A program made the position numbers and the translations under genes. The notes below the pieces were generated by a model, which saw only the letters and a list, made by a program, of their open reading frames with translations, made no database searches and was not told where the DNA came from. Shown here in pieces: positions 63,335 through 63,679 of a stretch of DNA of 63,679 nucleotides (within the stretch, counting starts at the first letter, position 1; the number at the start of each line of letters is the position of its first letter). The stretch is from Octopus bimaculoides (lineage: Eukaryota): the NCBI RefSeq assembly GCF_001194135.2, contig NC_068996.1, positions 22,477,683 to 22,541,361 of the forward strand. The letters run 5' to 3'.

Positions 63335-63679
63335 GGCGTAGGAGTGGCTGTGTGGTAAGTAGCTTGCTTACCAACCACATGGTTCCGGGTTCAGTCCCAC
63401 TACGTGGCACCTTGGGCAAGTGTCTTCTACTATAGCCTCGGGCCGACCAAAGCCTTGTGAGTGGATTTGGTAGACGGAAACTGAAAGAAGTCCGTCGTAT
63501 ATATGTGTATATATGTATGTGTGTGTATATGTTTGCGTGTCTGTGTTTGTCCCCCCAACATCGCTTGACAACCGATTCTGGTGTGTTTACGTCCCCGTAA
63601 CTTAGCGGTTCGGCAAAAGAGACGATAGAATAAGTACTAGGCTTACAAAGAATAAGTCCTGGGGTCGATTTGCTCGACT
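63335..63679 (+). mobile_element. Young, near full-length family-1 tRNA-headed SINE, truncated by the window end
   Basis: ggcgtaggagtggctgtgtggtaag (A box)...ggttcagtcc (B box)...accttgggcaagtgtctt core, internal (TA/TG) microsatellite, 3' ataagtcctggggtcgat. Confidence 0.9.

Overview
AT-rich eukaryotic (metazoan) genomic DNA from a gapped assembly with six N-runs. It is not prokaryotic, and almost every ORF in the supplied track is an artefact of microsatellites, N-runs or decayed transposons. The repeat content (tRNA-headed SINEs, RTE LINEs with (GAT)n tails, long TA/TATG microsatellites) resembles what I remember of Octopus genomes; that assignment is an inference. One host gene is supported: four internal + strand coding exons (24849-24970, 42658-42815, 59217-59389, 62643-62745) that splice in frame to 185 codons of a ZDHHC5/8-type palmitoyltransferase with intact DHHC-CRD and TTxE motifs. 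I did not find the first exon or any downstream exons in the window. The intron at 59390-62642 is a textbook U12-type (minor spliceosome) GT-AG intron, with donor GTATCCTTT and branch site TTCCTTAAC 9 nt upstream of the 3' end. The rest of the window is non-coding (introns and sequence upstream of exon A) and full of decayed mariner/Tc1/maT, hAT, RTE, CR1, Penelope and SINE elements. The most unusual items are: (i) an ~800 bp foldback of two Penelope 3' ends, each combining a tRNA-like Pol III promoter with a minimal hammerhead ribozyme fold; (ii) a second hammerhead-like motif in a small element; (iii) competing hairpins over the TACTAAC branch point of exon B; (iv) two copies of a mariner-derived MITE built from two 5' ends.
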